Notes under the pieces: model-generated
What the model saw: the letters and a program-made list of their open reading frames with translations, nothing else
Databases searched by the model: none
Told to the model about the DNA's origin: nothing
Shown: in pieces, positions 7,954 to 16,515 of the stretch
Position numbering within the stretch: position 1 is the first letter of the stretch
Layout of the letters: each line of letters starts with the position of its first letter
Made by a program: the position numbers and the translations under genes
Source: an uncultured Gemmatimonadales bacterium
Lineage (GTDB): Bacteria > Gemmatimonadota > Gemmatimonadetes > Longimicrobiales > RSA9
Direction: 5' to 3'
DNA length: 64,000 bases
Assembly: GCA_963741945.1 (NCBI GenBank)
Contig: CAVUKA010000006.1
Span: forward strand, 128,001 to 192,000

Positions 7954-10007
7954 GGCAGCGACCCTCCTCCCCCGCTGGCCGGCGCGCGCGCGGCGGCCGT
8001 TCCCGCCACGGCGCGGGCGGCTTCCCCTGCCTGGCGGGCTGGCGCAAGCTCCTTCAGGCGGGCTCGACGATCCGCATCGTGGCACGTCTCACAGCGGGCC
8101 AGGTGCTCCGGGTGCTCGGCGGGAGCGTTCCGGACCTCGTCCTCGTGGCACTTCACGCACAGGCCGTGCATCGCGTCCATGTAGCCGGGTGCCGGGCGCC
8201 AGCGGGCATCCGCGGCGGGGATGATCCGGCTCTCGCCGGCGTCGCCGCCGTGGCATTCGCTGCACGCCGTGGCGGTGGCGTAGGTCTTGGTGGCCACGCC
8301 GGGGACGTGGCACTGGGCGCAGCCGTCGTCGCCCTGGAGCGCGGCCACGTGGGCCGCGTGGTCGAAGACCCCGGTGCTGTCGAACATGTCCCGGTGGCAG
8401 GCGGCGCAGCGGCTGGCGCGTTCCAGCGGGAGGTTGAGGTGGTGGCACGTGCCGCACGCCTGCTCGCCGCCGGTACGCTCGATGTGGGCGTCGTGGTCGA
8501 ACAGCACGGCGTTGCCGTCCCGGTCCCCATCCACGAGCAGGAGCATCGCTTCACGGGCGCGGGCGCTCCCCCCCGGGCCCTCCCCTGCGGATGCGCCCTC
8601 GACCGCGGCCACGGCCGACACGGGGGAGGAAGCCTCCTCGCCCACCCCGACCAGCGCCAGCGCCCTCCGGGCGCCGGGCCGCTCCAGGACCACGCCGGCC
8701 ACGGCGCGGGCATCCGTCACGGGGGCGGGCTTCGCCCGGGGCCCGGCCAGCGGCAGGAAGAGGAGCGCCACGGCGAACGCCACCACCGCGGCGGCGCTGT
8801 TCCTCCGGGGGCCGCCCAGGCGCGCCGGGAGCAGCCCGTGGACGGTGCCCGGGTCGAAGCTCCGGGGCCGTGCCCGGACGGTGTCGGTGGACACGTCGTC
8901 GTATACGTGCAGGTGCTCGGCGAAGAAGATGAAGACCAGCATGGCGCCGGCCACGATCCCAGCGCTGACCGCGAACTCCTCCCAGCTGGGGAAGTACGAC
9001 ATCCCCGCCGGCCGGGCGAACGCCAGCACGGAGACGTCGAGGCGGTAGAGGATCATCCCGGCCACGGTCATGGTGGCGGCAATGCCCACGCCCCGGATCG
9101 TGCGGCGGACCGCGGGGATGGCCATGAGCACCACGGGCACGCCCGCGCTCAGCGCCAGCTCGGCGACGAACAGCGCGCCGTGCCAGGAGGGGCGGAGCGC
9201 GCTCGTGAGGATGCCCCGGGCAGCCAGGTCCCCCAGGCGCAGGGCGAGGTAGAGGGAGAGCACCACGGCGGCGGCGGCGCCCAGCCCGGACATCTGGCGC
9301 GGGTGCAGCTCGTGGCCGAGAAAGCGTCGTGCGAACAGGGACTCCACCACCACCATGGAAAGCCCGAGGGCGACGGCGGAGACGAAGAAGAGCACGTAGA
9401 TGATCGGCGAGTACCAGAGCGGGTGCAGCCGGTAGGGCATGATCAGGAAGAGGGATCCCAACGACGACTGGTGCAGCGTGGACAGCATGATCCCGAGAAT
9501 GACCAGCGGGATCGTGGCCTTCCGGAGCACTCTCAGGGCGGCGCGGAACCCGCGCCAGCGGAAGAGCGGGTGCTCGAGGATCGCGGGGGCGAACTCGAGC
9601 CCGAGCACGGTGAGGTAGAGCATGACGCACATGGCCACTTCGAACAGCACGGAATGGTGCTGCCAGTGCACGAGCGGGTGCCAGATGCGCCACGGTAGGC
9701 CGAGGTCGTAGAGCAGCCCCACCGCCACGGCCACGTAGCCGAGGAACGCCGTAAGCACGGCGGGCCGGGCGAACGCGTGGTAGCGCTCAAGGTGGAAGAT
9801 GTAGACGGTGGCCGCCATGACGAAGCCGCCGGCGGCCAGCGCCACGCCGGACATGACGTCGAAGCCGATCCAGAGCCCCCACGGGGTGCCGTCGGAGAGA
9901 TGGGTCACGGCGCCGAGGCCGCGGGTGTAGCGCACCACGCTCACGGCCACGAGGACCCCCACGAGCGTCCACAGGACCAGCTTCAGCCGCGCCAGCCGCT
10001 CACGCAT
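7950..10007 (-). CDS. NrfD/HybB/HmcC-family membrane subunit fused to a hexaheme cytochrome c3-like domain
   Basis: PWGLWIGFDVMSGVALAAGGF, DLGLPWRIWHP, SVLFEVAMCV, LSTLHQSSLGSL, YFPSWEE; C-terminal CGTCH, CAACH, CAQCH, CSECH, CVKCH, CETCH; ATG 10007 with GGAGG. Confidence 0.9.
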   Translation of the reverse strand: MRERLARLKLVLWTLVGVLVAVSVVRYTRGLGAVTHLSDGTPWGLWIGFDVMSGVALAAGGFVMAATVYIFHLERYHAFARPAVLTAFLGYVAVAVGLLYDLGLPWRIWHPLVHWQHHSVLFEVAMCVMLYLTVLGLEFAPAILEHPLFRWRGFRAALRVLRKATIPLVILGIMLSTLHQSSLGSLFLIMPYRLHPLWYSPIIYVLFFVSAVALGLSMVVVESLFARRFLGHELHPRQMSGLGAAAAVVLSLYLALRLGDLAARGILTSALRPSWHGALFVAELALSAGVPVVLMAIPAVRRTIRGVGIAATMTVAGMILYRLDVSVLAFARPAGMSYFPSWEEFAVSAGIVAGAMLVFIFFAEHLHVYDDVSTDTVRARPRSFDPGTVHGLLPARLGGPRRNSAAAVVAFAVALLFLPLAGPRAKPAPVTDARAVAGVVLERPGARRALALVGVGEEASSPVSAVAAVEGASAGEGPGGSARAREAMLLLVDGDRDGNAVLFDHDAHIERTGGEQACGTCHHLNLPLERASRCAACHRDMFDSTGVFDHAAHVAALQGDDGCAQCHVPGVATKTYATATACSECHGGDAGESRIIPAADARWRPAPGYMDAMHGLCVKCHEDEVRNAPAEHPEHLARCETCHDADRRARLKELAPARQAGEAARAVAGTAAARAPASGGGGSLP

Positions 10008-10797
10008 GATCACCTCCCTCGGAGCCGGGCGCCGCGTGCACGTCCGCCGCTTCCGCCGCCCGCTGCATGCGACGCTGGATTACCCAGTAGACCCCGCCCA
10101 TGACCGTCCCCATCCCCAGGAACACGCCGGGCACCTTCTCCAGCGACGCCCAGGAGAGGAGCGGGAGCGGGCCGTCGCCCACGTGGCCACCCCATCCGAG
10201 GAAGCCGAGGGAAGCGTCGGAGATGTAGAGCACCGACGTGCCGCCCACTTCCTTCTCGCCCCACACGTGGTCGATGTAACGCTCGGGCGCGGCGGCAATG
10301 CGGGCGTGGGCCTCCCGCAGCACGTCGTCCCGGGAGCCGAAGTGGAGCGCCTTCTCCGGGCACGCCTCCACGCATGCCGGCTCCTTCCCCTCCTTCAGTC
10401 GCGGATAGCACATCTCGCACTTCCGCACGTAGGGCACGGCCTCGTCCCAGTCGTAGCGGGGAATCCCGTACGGGCAGGCCACCATGCAGTAGCGGCAGCC
10501 GATGCAGAGCGAGGAGTCGTAGAGCACCGGCCCTTCCGGCGACTTCTGCATGGCCCCCACCAGGCACGCGCTCACGCACGCCGGCTCCAGGCAATGGCGG
10601 CACTGCTGCTTCACGTACAGGTCGCCCGGGCGCCGGAGCACGGTGGAGAAGCGGCGAGCGGACAGGTCGTCCACCGCTTCCTGCCCGGGCCCCATGCCGT
10701 CGGGCGGAAGGTGGTTTTCCTCCTTGCACGCCACCACGCACGTCTCGCAGCCGACGCAGCGCGTGGTGTCCACCAGGATGGCAGGCGAGCGGATCAT
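10000..10797 (-). CDS. 4x[4Fe-4S] electron-transfer subunit (HybA/HmcB/FdnH-like) with C-terminal membrane anchor
   Basis: CVGCETCVVAC, CRHCLEPACVSAC, CIGCRYCMVACP, CEMC..PACVEACP, GEKEVGGTSVLY; TM VPGVFLGMGTVMGGVYWVI. Confidence 0.9.
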   Translation of the reverse strand: MIRSPAILVDTTRCVGCETCVVACKEENHLPPDGMGPGQEAVDDLSARRFSTVLRRPGDLYVKQQCRHCLEPACVSACLVGAMQKSPEGPVLYDSSLCIGCRYCMVACPYGIPRYDWDEAVPYVRKCEMCYPRLKEGKEPACVEACPEKALHFGSRDDVLREAHARIAAAPERYIDHVWGEKEVGGTSVLYISDASLGFLGWGGHVGDGPLPLLSWASLEKVPGVFLGMGTVMGGVYWVIQRRMQRAAEAADVHAAPGSEGGDHA

Positions 10798-11495
10798 ATC
10801 GGTTCACCCTCCTTCCCCAGCGCGGCGCCGACGCGGGCCCCGGCATCCCGGGGCCAGTGCCAGGCCGCTTCCGACACCAGCTGGGCCAGGGGCAGCAGGA
10901 ACATGTGGCTGAGCTTGCTTACGGGGACGAGCAGGAAGAGCAGGTCCCCGGCGAGCACGTGAGCGAGGAAGACCGGCTGGAACGCGAAGGGGTTCCACGC
11001 CGGGTGCATGGTCATGAAGCCCGTGGCGAACGTGGCGGCGATCATGACCGGGAGCGCGTAGTCCTGGAAGCGCCCCAGGGCGCGGGCGGCCCGGATCGTC
11101 GCCCGCTGGATGATGACAGCGAGGGCCGCGACCACCACGACCGTGGTGAGGACGGTGGCCACAGCGTTCGGCAGTGCGGGCCAGGACAGGCCGATGGCGC
11201 GCTCCCAGAGCGCGATGTGACCGGCCAGGAAGAGCGGCACCGCGATCACCGCCAGATGGAAGACCATGGTGGTGACGCTGTACGGCCAGCGCCGCAGCAG
11301 CCGGCGGGTGGGGAAAAGCCAGCCCGCCGTGGTCGCCGCCACCGTGCGGCCCGGGAACTTCCTGTCGCCCGCCAGGCGACGCACCCGGGCCAGCTCCCAC
11401 GCCACCAGGGCGAGCTCCCGGAGCAGCCCCAGGACCATGAACGCCAGCGCCGCCCAGAAGAGCGGTCCGCGGGCCCAGCTCAGCCATGCCTCCAT
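10794..11495 (-). CDS. NarI-like diheme cytochrome b (HmcE/TmcC-like)
   Basis: WLSWARGPLF, FHLAVIAVPLFLAGH, AHVLAG..VSKLSH; four His in TM helices. Confidence 0.8.
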   Translation of the reverse strand: MEAWLSWARGPLFWAALAFMVLGLLRELALVAWELARVRRLAGDRKFPGRTVAATTAGWLFPTRRLLRRWPYSVTTMVFHLAVIAVPLFLAGHIALWERAIGLSWPALPNAVATVLTTVVVVAALAVIIQRATIRAARALGRFQDYALPVMIAATFATGFMTMHPAWNPFAFQPVFLAHVLAGDLLFLLVPVSKLSHMFLLPLAQLVSEAAWHWPRDAGARVGAALGKEGEPI

Positions 11496-11498
11496 GGG

Positions 11499-12887
11499 TC
11501 AGCCCTCCCCGTTGCCGTGGCCGTTGCCGTCACGGCCGCCGAAGTCGATGACGCGGAGCAGGAGGTCGTGCAGGCCCACCACCTCCACCTCGTCCAGGCC
11601 GTTGTCCTGGCACAGCTCCTTCAGCTGCTTCTTGCAGTTGGCGCACGGCGCCACCACGTATTTCGCCCCCGTCTCCCGGATCTGGTCCGCCTTCCGCTTG
11701 CCCAGCGGGCCGGTGCGGAACGCCCGGATCTCGTCGATGGAGACCGTCCCGCCCCCACCGCCGCAGCAGTAGTTGCGCGTGCGGTTCGGCGTCATCTCGG
11801 CGTAGTCCGCGCAGATGGTCTTGAGGATCTCGCGGGGCTGCTCGGTGATGCGCCCCACCCGGGCGATGTTGCACGGGTCGTGGTAGGTGACCCGCTCCAG
11901 GATCTTCTCGTCCTTCAGTGGGATTCGCCCCGCTTCCAGCTGCTCGTGCGCGTACTCCAGGCAGTTCACCACCTGCGGCGCGTCGGGGCCGCAGAACGTG
12001 GGGATGAACCAGGCGGACCGCGTGGCGTGGCCGCACTCCCCCACCAGGATCTTCTTCGCCCCCAGCCGGTTCGCCTCCGCCACCACGTTTCGGACGATGC
12101 GCTCCATTATCCGGTCGCTGTAGAACAGGCCGTAGTTGATCCCGTCGTAGTTGTGCGTCCCGATGGTCCAGGAGCCGCCGGTGACGTGCATCACGGCCGC
12201 GTTTCCCATGAGCGTGTCCGCTTCCATGATGAAGTCGGAGACGGCAGGGAAGAACGCGAACTCGGACCCCTCCACGTCGAACGGGTACTTCACGTCCACG
12301 CCGTAGATCTCCTGGAGCTCCTCCTCCAGGAACTCGCACGTGTCCTTCAGCGCAGGGAGCGGAATCGCCGACGTGTTCCCTGTCTTCCCATCCAGCTGCT
12401 CGCGCACGGACACGAGCAGGGCGCGCGGAATGATTCCCACCTCCGCCAGGATCCAGCGCCCCAGGTGCGTGACCAGCCCGTGGTCCAGCCCCATGGGGCA
12501 GCTGTCCTTGCACCGGCGGCACGCCGTGCAGCGGTAGTAGTCCTCCGCCATCCGGTCGATATACGCGTCCGTGAGCGTGAAGCCCCCGCCCAGCCGCGCC
12601 TTCAGTATCCCCCAGGTCGTGAAGTAGCGGCGGTACACCCGCAGCAGCAGCTCCGAGCGCTCGCACGGGATGTCACGGTCCTCGCCCGTGGCCTCGTAGA
12701 GCTGGCACTCCGCGGCGCAGCGGCCGCAGCGGGCGCTCAGACGCGCGTACGTCTCCAGCGCCACCTGGTAGCTCCCGTGTTCCAGAATCGCCGAGAACGC
12801 TTCCAGGAACCGCCGCGGACGCTCCGTCAACTCCAGCGCCCGCTGCTCCACGTGATAGCTGTACTTCGTCGGTGTCGGCACCTTCAC
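11499..12887 (-). CDS. CCG-domain Fe-S protein (HdrD/DsrK/HmcF/TmcB family)
   Basis: SARCGRCAAEC, CTACRRCKDSCP, GECGHA, YHDPCN, NYCCGGGGG, PCANC; GTG start overlapping upstream stop. Confidence 0.88.
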   Translation of the reverse strand: MKVPTPTKYSYHVEQRALELTERPRRFLEAFSAILEHGSYQVALETYARLSARCGRCAAECQLYEATGEDRDIPCERSELLLRVYRRYFTTWGILKARLGGGFTLTDAYIDRMAEDYYRCTACRRCKDSCPMGLDHGLVTHLGRWILAEVGIIPRALLVSVREQLDGKTGNTSAIPLPALKDTCEFLEEELQEIYGVDVKYPFDVEGSEFAFFPAVSDFIMEADTLMGNAAVMHVTGGSWTIGTHNYDGINYGLFYSDRIMERIVRNVVAEANRLGAKKILVGECGHATRSAWFIPTFCGPDAPQVVNCLEYAHEQLEAGRIPLKDEKILERVTYHDPCNIARVGRITEQPREILKTICADYAEMTPNRTRNYCCGGGGGTVSIDEIRAFRTGPLGKRKADQIRETGAKYVVAPCANCKKQLKELCQDNGLDEVEVVGLHDLLLRVIDFGGRDGNGHGNGEG

Positions 12888-13252
12888 CGCTCCATGATCG
12901 GGTCACCCCCGGGAGGCGGCCCCTCGGCCACCGGCAGCTCGGTGCCCGGCACCAGCTGCCCCCGGATGTACATGTCGAGCAGATCCTCCACCCGCCCCAC
13001 CACCCACGAGATCACCTGGAACCCGCTCGCCCGCACCAGATCCTCGTAGTGGTCCTCCATCCCCCCGCAGATCAGTGTGTTCACCTCCTGATCTCGCAGC
13101 AGACGCACACGGTCGAACGGGTCGCGACTGCGCAGCGGGAAATCCATCTGGTCCACCACCCTGCCTCCCGACACTGTGAACACTGCCATCGTGGCGCAGT
13201 ACTCGAAGCACGGCGCCACCGTCTCACCCATCCGCGGAACCGCGATCTTCAT
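12884..13252 (-). CDS. NifB/NifX-family (FeMo-cofactor-binding fold, Orp-like) protein
   Basis: MKIAVP..VAPCFEYC, VNTLICGGM, ISWVVGRVEDLLDMYIRGQL; ATG 13252 with GGAGGAG. Confidence 0.75.
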   Translation of the reverse strand: MKIAVPRMGETVAPCFEYCATMAVFTVSGGRVVDQMDFPLRSRDPFDRVRLLRDQEVNTLICGGMEDHYEDLVRASGFQVISWVVGRVEDLLDMYIRGQLVPGTELPVAEGPPPGGDPIMER

Positions 13253-13286
13253 GGTGGCACTCCTCCGATGGCTGCCCCGGTACAGG

Positions 13287-13301
13287 GCAAGCGCCGGACC
13301 C
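13287..13301 (-). promoter_or_regulatory. Candidate sigma54 (-24/-12) promoter
   Basis: Minus strand GGGTCCGGCGCTTGC = GG-N10-GC with TTGC, about 35 nt upstream of the ATG at 13252 and directly downstream of a sigma54 activator gene. Confidence 0.6.
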
Positions 13302-13403
13302 ACCGGGGCACGGGCGGACAGGATCCGTCTAAGTGGCTGGGCTACAGTGCGTTAAGCGGAACATTCTGAGGTGGGGCCAGGGCCGCGGCCGCGCGGCCTT
13401 TGG

Positions 13404-13451
13404 TGCAACAGTGAAAGGATCGGTTGTTTCAGATGTTACACACCTGGAACA
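13404..13451. promoter_or_regulatory. Candidate enhancer (UAS) for the adjacent sigma54 activator
   Basis: TGTTTCAGATGTTACA (TGT-N10-ACA, 13425-13440) plus related half sites TGCAACA and TGGAACA, 100-150 bp upstream of the -24/-12 element in an AT-richer patch. Confidence 0.45.
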
Positions 13452-14812
13452 TGCCCGGGCGGCGTCGTGCGGAAACCGCCGGGCTCGATCCCGTACTTTT
13501 TCATCTTGCGCCAGAGCGTGGTGCGGCTGATGCGCAGCTCGTGGGCGGTTCGCCCCTGGTGACCGTGGTTGCGACTGAGGGCGAGGCGGATGGCGTCGGC
13601 CTCGCTGTCCTCGAGGGGGCGGGCGGGGCGGCGCTCCGTCGCGGTGGCGCCCTGGATGTCCTCGGGGAGGTGGCGGACATCGATGAAGCGGTTGTGACAG
13701 AGGACGAAGGCGTACTCGATGATGTTCTCGAGCTCGCGCACGTTGCCGGGGAAGTCGTGGCGCATGAGGATCTCCATGACGGCCGGCGTGACGCCCTGGA
13801 TGCTCTTGGCCTGCTTGGCGTTGAAGCGCTCGACGAAGTGTGCGACGAGGTGGGGGATGTCCTCGCGGCGCTTCAGGAGAGGCGGGATGGAGAGGCGGAC
13901 GACGGCGAGGCGGAAGTAGAGGTCGTCGCGGAATTGCGAATCGGCCACGAGGCGGGCGAGGTCCTTGTTGGTGGCGGCGACGATGCGGATGTCGGCGCGT
14001 TTGGTCTGCACGCTGCCGAGCGGGCTGTACTCCCGCTGTTGCACGACCCGGAGCAGCTTGACCTGGGTCTCGTGGGGGAGCTCCCCGATCTCATCGAAGA
14101 AGATGGTGCCACCCTGCGCCTCCGTGATCCGCCCCGGCTTGTCCTGGCGCGCGTCGGTGAAAGCGCCACGCTTGTAGCCGAAGAGCTCGGATTCGAAGAG
14201 GTTGGGCGGGAGCGTTCCGCAGTTCACGACCACGTACGGCTGGTCGCGGCGAGGGCTGAGGTTGTGGATCGCGCGCGCGAGCAGCTCCTTGCCGGACCCG
14301 CTCGGCCCCTCGATGAGGACCGTGCTGTCGCTGGCGGCAATGTCGGGGAGGAGCGCGAAGATCTTCTGGAAGGCCTCGCTCCGCCCGATGATGTCCTCGA
14401 ACGTGTAGCGGCTGTGGATCTCGCGCCGCAGCTGCTCGACGGTGGACATGTCGCGGAAGGTCTCCACGGCCCCGAGCAGCGTGCCATCGCGGGCGCGCAG
14501 CACCGCACTGCTCACCGCGATGGGGACGGAGCGGCCGCGCCGCGTCAGGATGCGGGCGGGTCGATCGATGACTTCGTGGTCCTGTTCGAGCGATTCACGG
14601 AGCGGGCAGGCGCACTCGCACAGGTCGGAGTGGAACACGTCCGAGCAGCGCCGCCCCACGGCGCGCTCCGCGGACACGCCGGTGATGCGGGCGGCAGCCG
14701 GGTTGAAGGACGTGATCCGCCATTCCCGGTCGATCGTGAAGACGCCCTCCGTGACACAACGGAGGACCGTCTCGAAGAACCGGTTCTCGTCTCCCAGGTC
14801 CTGTCCGGCCAT
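13436..14812 (-). CDS. PAS-domain sigma54-dependent transcriptional activator (OrpR-like architecture)
   Basis: PAS with CSDVFHSDLCECACPL; GPSGSGKE, ESELFGYKRGAFTDA, FFDEIGE, FPGNVRELEN; Fis HTH ISRTTLWRKM. Confidence 0.92.
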   Translation of the reverse strand: MAGQDLGDENRFFETVLRCVTEGVFTIDREWRITSFNPAAARITGVSAERAVGRRCSDVFHSDLCECACPLRESLEQDHEVIDRPARILTRRGRSVPIAVSSAVLRARDGTLLGAVETFRDMSTVEQLRREIHSRYTFEDIIGRSEAFQKIFALLPDIAASDSTVLIEGPSGSGKELLARAIHNLSPRRDQPYVVVNCGTLPPNLFESELFGYKRGAFTDARQDKPGRITEAQGGTIFFDEIGELPHETQVKLLRVVQQREYSPLGSVQTKRADIRIVAATNKDLARLVADSQFRDDLYFRLAVVRLSIPPLLKRREDIPHLVAHFVERFNAKQAKSIQGVTPAVMEILMRHDFPGNVRELENIIEYAFVLCHNRFIDVRHLPEDIQGATATERRPARPLEDSEADAIRLALSRNHGHQGRTAHELRISRTTLWRKMKKYGIEPGGFRTTPPGHVPGV

Positions 14813-14910
14813 GGGCGCCTCCTCACGAGCCGGGGCCCCCGATCCTCGCTCCCGCTGCGGCCGCCCGCGGTCTGTCGAGCCCGCCGCCTCGCCCGCCGCC
14901 TCGACTCCGC

Positions 14911-16515
14911 TCAGTGCATCTCCCAGTGGATGAACGGCTCTTCGACGTCCACCATGGCGTTCACGATGAGCTCCACGAGGCCGCCGTACGTGATGCCGCT
15001 CTTCTCCAGCGCGCCGTAGTAGTCCAGCATGTCCCGGATCTGACCCTTGCAGTTGGAGCACGGTGCGCACACGTACTTCTTCACGTCGGGTCCGGGCTGG
15101 TCCGCGAAGGCGTCCAGGATCTGCTTGAACTTCATGCGGCCGCCCACACTGACGCGCCAGTCCGTGAAGTTGTTCGGGCTCATGACCGCGAAGCCGCTCC
15201 CGCCGCCGCAGCAGTAGTTGTCCACGCCGTGGGGCGTCATCTCCCGGAACTGCGGGCAGAGGTAGCGCAGGATGCGCCGCTGCGGCTCGACGATGCCCAG
15301 GTTGCGGACGATGTTGCACGGGTCGTGGAGCGTGACGGGGAAGTCGTTCTTGGACGGGTCGAACTGGATCTTCCCGCTGAACACGATCTGCTCCAGCAGC
15401 GTGAAGCAGCTCTCGCGCGGCACCGACAGCTCCCCGGTGAGCACGCGGTCCGCGATGGTGACCAGGGCCTTGTGCTGGTGGCCGCACTCGCCCATGACGA
15501 TGCGGTTCACCTTCAGCTTCCTCGCCGTCTGCGCGTGCTTGAGCGCGATGCGGGCCAGCTGCATGTCGTCGTAGAAGAGGCCGTAATTCACCCCGTCGTA
15601 GCCCACTGGGTCCGATGCCAGTGTCCAGCTGACTCCGGCGGCGTTGAGGATGATGGCGAAGGCGCCGGGGTTCTCCGGCCACGCCAGGATCTCGCCCGCG
15701 TTGTGGATCAACAGGACGTCCGCCTCCTCCTCGTCGAAGGGCGTGTGCGCGTTCTGGCCCGTGGCCTCCTCCATGTCCTCATCGATGAACTCGATGTTGT
15801 CCTTCACCACCACCGGGTTCATCCCCGTCGAGCTGCCCACTTCGAGCTGCAGCACCGTCCCCTTCTCGTGCAGCTCCTTGGGCGCCCACCCCAGCTCCTG
15901 GCTGAACAGCTTGCGCAGCTCGTGCGTGATCAGCCCGTTGTCCACGCCGATGGGACACGTCTGCGCGCAGCGCCGGCACATCGTGCAGCGGTAGGCCAGC
16001 TCGTAGAGGCGCGTGATCGTCGCCCAGTTCAGCTCGATGTCCTCCCCCTTCAGCTTCGCCAGCGCCGCACTCCCCGGCTTCACGTACTTCCGCACCAGCC
16101 TGCGCAGCACTTCGGCCCGATAGGTGGGCCGGTACACCGGGTTGCGGCCACTCATGACGTACGTGGGGCAGGCCTCGTTGCACGTCTGGCACCCCACGCA
16201 GTACTCCGCCGACAGCGTCAGCGGCTGCAGGAACGTCCAGTTGTTCTCCTTCGAGAACAGCTTCTTCAGTCCCGCCTCGAAGCGATCCACGTACGCCTGC
16301 TTCTCCGCTTCCGACTCCGGCTGCGGAATGCTCACCCCGATCACGCCGTCCAGGTTGCACACCATCCGCTCGAGGGCCGCCGGCTGGATCTCCTTCCACG
16401 CCGGGTCCTCCACGTCGTACGGCGGAGGAAGCGGCGGCAGGTCCGCCACCGAAACCGGCGACAGCACCTCGGTCTCGCGCCGGCTGATGTCCTTCACACT
16501 CACCGGCTTGCTCAT
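14911..16515 (-). CDS. CCG-domain Fe-S protein (DsrK/HdrD-like)
   Basis: CVGCQTCNEACP, CTMCRRCAQTCP, GECGH, LHDPCN, NYCCGGGSG, PCSNC; ATG 16515 overlaps upstream TGA. Confidence 0.88.
   Translation of the reverse strand: MSKPVSVKDISRRETEVLSPVSVADLPPLPPPYDVEDPAWKEIQPAALERMVCNLDGVIGVSIPQPESEAEKQAYVDRFEAGLKKLFSKENNWTFLQPLTLSAEYCVGCQTCNEACPTYVMSGRNPVYRPTYRAEVLRRLVRKYVKPGSAALAKLKGEDIELNWATITRLYELAYRCTMCRRCAQTCPIGVDNGLITHELRKLFSQELGWAPKELHEKGTVLQLEVGSSTGMNPVVVKDNIEFIDEDMEEATGQNAHTPFDEEEADVLLIHNAGEILAWPENPGAFAIILNAAGVSWTLASDPVGYDGVNYGLFYDDMQLARIALKHAQTARKLKVNRIVMGECGHQHKALVTIADRVLTGELSVPRESCFTLLEQIVFSGKIQFDPSKNDFPVTLHDPCNIVRNLGIVEPQRRILRYLCPQFREMTPHGVDNYCCGGGSGFAVMSPNNFTDWRVSVGGRMKFKQILDAFADQPGPDVKKYVCAPCSNCKGQIRDMLDYYGALEKSGITYGGLVELIVNAMVDVEEPFIHWEMH

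Noticed and set aside
12884-13440. Nitrogen-fixation link (NifX-like fold, TGT-N10-ACA site)
   Set aside because: No nifHDK in window; the fold and this type of site also occur outside nif systems.
14879-14902. 12-bp tandem repeat GCCCGCCGCCTC x2
   Set aside because: Two copies of low-complexity GC sequence; no evidence of function.
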